Virus record (IMG/VR): IMGVR_UViG_3300037465_000544
DNA from: a virus
DNA: 64,000 nucleotides
Reading direction: 5' to 3' (one strand)
The position numbers and the translations under genes are program-made. This document shows, in pieces, positions 61,570 through 64,000 of the stretch; the first letter of the stretch is position 1, and each line of letters opens with the position of its first letter. The notes under the pieces were generated by a model. That model worked only from the letters and a program-made list of their open reading frames with translations. It did no database searches and was not told the origin of the DNA.

Positions 61570-62700
61570 TTAATTATTTGCAGGTTCCACTAATGCGTTT
61601 AAATTAATCTCTTGTGTCTGATGTGGTGCTGATTTAACTGTTTGTCTGGGCGTCTTATCGAGCTTCGCTAAGAAGTCGTTTTTCGCTCCTTCTTTCGCCA
61701 AAGTAAGAGCTGTTCTCATTTGTTTGTCTCCCTTACTCAGAAACCAAAAAACCTTTGCCATATTTTCATTGCTTTGCAACGCTTCATACAAAGGAGCCAG
61801 TCCTGTTTTGGGATCCGGAGTTGTCGCTATCCTGAAATCTTCAGCAAATGTGGCTTTATCGCTTTGCGATATTTGTATGCCGTTAATTTCATTAAGCGTA
61901 TTAAAATAATTTATTGTTTCTTCAACACTCTGGGTGCGAAGTTCGTCCATTTTTTGCTTTTCTGCAAATCTTTTTTCACTGGCTTGCTTTGCAAGGTCAT
62001 CTGCCATTTTTGCAGTAGCTATATCATAGGATTCTCGAATACGTTCTGCCTCTATATCCAGTATTCCGGAAGATTCCATCTTATCAACAGTAGCATTAAT
62101 CTTTTCTTCATCCCACCCGTTAGGACGAAACTCGCTTTTCCCATAATTTTGAGAAAGAGAAAGTTTAACCAAGTCCTTTGCAGACATTTTTTTAATGTCC
62201 ATAGATTGTTTCATGCGACTGTAATAGTCCTCAATACTCATTCCCGAATCAATGGCTTTTTGTATTTTTTCTACTTCGGGATGAAGCCTTTCGGATAAAC
62301 GGGCATCATAAATTGCGTCTTCAATTCTTTCCATAACATTTTCTTCATTAAGGCCATCCATGTTGATACGAAACTTATCCCCGTAACGCTCAGAAAGACT
62401 CGCCAGCATTTCATCATATACCCCTACACTATCTTGATTTTGCTGTTGCTGTTGATTAATTTGTTGCTGATTCTGATTTTGATTATCCTGTTGTTGATTA
62501 TTATTCATATCATCAATATTAGGGGGATCGAGATTAGGCAAATTCCCAATATTTAAAGACCCAGGAATTGCTGAACTCTCATCAGCATTTGCCAATCTAT
62601 CTAAATCAATAACCGGACTTGCCTGAGACAAATCAGACAACATCTCTCCGCCACCATCATTCTGATTAGTTTGCGGATCTCTGTAAGGATTGTGTTTCAT
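61570..62700 (-). CDS. Scaffold-like acidic protein
   Basis: 376 aa, Q/N/D-rich disordered N-terminus, directly upstream of the MCP. Confidence 0.6.
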   Translation of the reverse strand: MKHNPYRDPQTNQNDGGGEMLSDLSQASPVIDLDRLANADESSAIPGSLNIGNLPNLDPPNIDDMNNNQQQDNQNQNQQQINQQQQQNQDSVGVYDEMLASLSERYGDKFRINMDGLNEENVMERIEDAIYDARLSERLHPEVEKIQKAIDSGMSIEDYYSRMKQSMDIKKMSAKDLVKLSLSQNYGKSEFRPNGWDEEKINATVDKMESSGILDIEAERIRESYDIATAKMADDLAKQASEKRFAEKQKMDELRTQSVEETINYFNTLNEINGIQISQSDKATFAEDFRIATTPDPKTGLAPLYEALQSNENMAKVFWFLSKGDKQMRTALTLAKEGAKNDFLAKLDKTPRQTVKSAPHQTQEINLNALVEPANN

Positions 62701-62741
62701 ATTTTCTTTTTTTTCTGGTTAGTTTATTTTCTGTAAATCTT

Positions 62742-63989
62742 TTAAGTTGATGGTTGTAATTTTTTATTCAAATGACTATAAGGACTCTTTTTTACCGGAG
62801 CCTTTGTTTTATTTTGAGATCTCAATATTGCCTGGTAAAGAGCAGCATTTTCCGAAGGAGTCTGCCGCTGAGATTTTCCTTTTCGTGAAATAAAATCATA
62901 GTATTCCTGAGTAGAATTAAAAGTCATCGGCTTTCCTCCGGTTTGAGGAGTAGTAAAGGTAATCGGACCTTCCGGTTCTTGATAAGATTGCTTCTGCTGA
63001 ACAGATTGTTTATTTTTTACAAATTGATCATAGGCAGCTTGCGTTTTTGGGCCCCAAATCCCATCAACAGAAAGATTTGCTCCAAGAGAATTCAAATAAG
63101 ATTGGTACGATTTTATTTTATCTCTCGCTTCTGTAGAACCTGTTTCGTTGGTTTGTATAGATGGAGATTCCTTCACTTGCTGAGTTCCGGTAGTTTGTTG
63201 CTGTGTTTGAGTTTTAACAGGAGCTTTCCATTGCTGATCAATATATTTTCCAGAAGCATCTACAAATCCCGGAGATTGCAAAGCCTTTAGATATTCTTTG
63301 CTTTTATAAACCACATTGCCATTCGCATCTATGCTAATACCTTCTCCATAAGTTATTCCGGAAGCATCATCAGAAATATTTTTATCCACCCCGATTATAT
63401 CTCCGTAATTCCCCATGATAGGATAAGGCTTCATGCTTTCCTGCAAAGAAGGAGTTTTCGTAGTGTTTTTTGTCTGTTCTGAATTAGAAGTAGTCGGCTG
63501 CTTATTAAATTCTGAAAAATCTCCTTCAGGATACCCCCATTGAATTTTTCCATTAACAACCCCTTGCTTTACCATGCCGGGAGCCGGTGGCTTTGCTGTA
63601 TCATATTTATGCTTTTTCTTTTTGTAATCTGCCGGAAGATACGGCTCTCTTTTTTTTACTGTAGGATCATCTACTCCCGTATTTCCTTTATTATTTGCTT
63701 CCTTTAGACCACCATTCTGAAACCAGTCTTTGGAATGAGCAATTTTATATACAGCATTTTTTATGCCACTCGGATTAGGGGCATTTCTTGAATACGAAAG
63801 TGCTGCACGAGCCTGTCTCTCATTAGTGACAGGGAAACTTCCGGCCGGTGCACCTCCTTTAGGGCCAACAAACGGACCTTCTCCGGCACTTGAAGTTTTG
63901 CGGTCTTTGCCCACATTGCTTCCACCCGGTTTACTGCGAATATCAGCAAGCGTACTTCCGCCCCGACTCATATTGCCATTCATTCCCAT
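62742..63989 (-). CDS. Protein with a peptidoglycan-binding-like domain, possibly 5'-truncated
   Basis: IKSYQSYLNSLGANLSVDGIWGPKTQAAY matches PG_binding_1; frame stays open to the window edge. Confidence 0.6.
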   Translation of the reverse strand: MGMNGNMSRGGSTLADIRSKPGGSNVGKDRKTSSAGEGPFVGPKGGAPAGSFPVTNERQARAALSYSRNAPNPSGIKNAVYKIAHSKDWFQNGGLKEANNKGNTGVDDPTVKKREPYLPADYKKKKHKYDTAKPPAPGMVKQGVVNGKIQWGYPEGDFSEFNKQPTTSNSEQTKNTTKTPSLQESMKPYPIMGNYGDIIGVDKNISDDASGITYGEGISIDANGNVVYKSKEYLKALQSPGFVDASGKYIDQQWKAPVKTQTQQQTTGTQQVKESPSIQTNETGSTEARDKIKSYQSYLNSLGANLSVDGIWGPKTQAAYDQFVKNKQSVQQKQSYQEPEGPITFTTPQTGGKPMTFNSTQEYYDFISRKGKSQRQTPSENAALYQAILRSQNKTKAPVKKSPYSHLNKKLQPST

Positions 63990-64000
63990 GGCAAAATCAT

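Larger units (their letters stand above)
1..64000. mobile_element. Segment of a crAss-like (Crassvirales-related) Bacteroidota phage genome
   Basis: Convergent replication (+) and virion (-) blocks. Giant DFDID-type RNAP, MCP/ring/IHF/tail-tube gene order, A-rich SD-less translation starts and two Bacteroidota-consensus promoters. No bacterial housekeeping genes. Confidence 0.85.

Noticed and set aside
23047-64000. Stop-codon reassignment as seen in some crAss-like phages
   Set aside because: Late genes up to 5710 aa are fully open in the standard code and pack tightly.
1-64000. Many 60-160 aa track ORFs antisense to or nested in long genes (e.g. 9862-10266, 16422-16793, 52586-53059, 61720-62298)
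   Set aside because: Shadow ORFs of real genes: no motifs, atypical composition and no A-rich start context.

Overview
A 64 kb segment of a large Bacteroidota phage with crAss-like (Crassvirales-type) architecture; no host genes are seen. The + strand (1-23041) holds small early genes, then a replication/recombination block: HIRAN-like protein, DnaB-like helicase, HU-like protein, Sak4/AAA_24-like ATPase, SSB-like protein, MoxR/RavA-type AAA+ with a VWA partner, Toprim primase, Cas4-like nuclease, DnaA domain-IV-like HTH, YkgJ-type Cys-cluster protein and a cold-shock protein. The - strand (64000-23047) holds the virion module: scaffold-like protein, major capsid protein, ring/tail-tube proteins, IHF-like protein, tail stabilisation protein, ejected proteins, a 5710-aa virion RNA polymerase polyprotein (DFDID motif, SF1 helicase, three HExxH zincins) and Cys-rich appendage proteins. 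No terminase, portal, DNA polymerase or integrase is in the window. The most notable element is an integron-like cassette array at about 2646-5249. Its five genes are separated by long imperfect hairpins bounded by ...TAAC and GTTA... cores. In four of the five cassettes the two ends are complementary to each other, and each hairpin loop holds the start codon and N-terminal leader of the next gene, so the putative crossover lies inside the ORF. All family assignments come from motifs recognised by eye; no searches were run.
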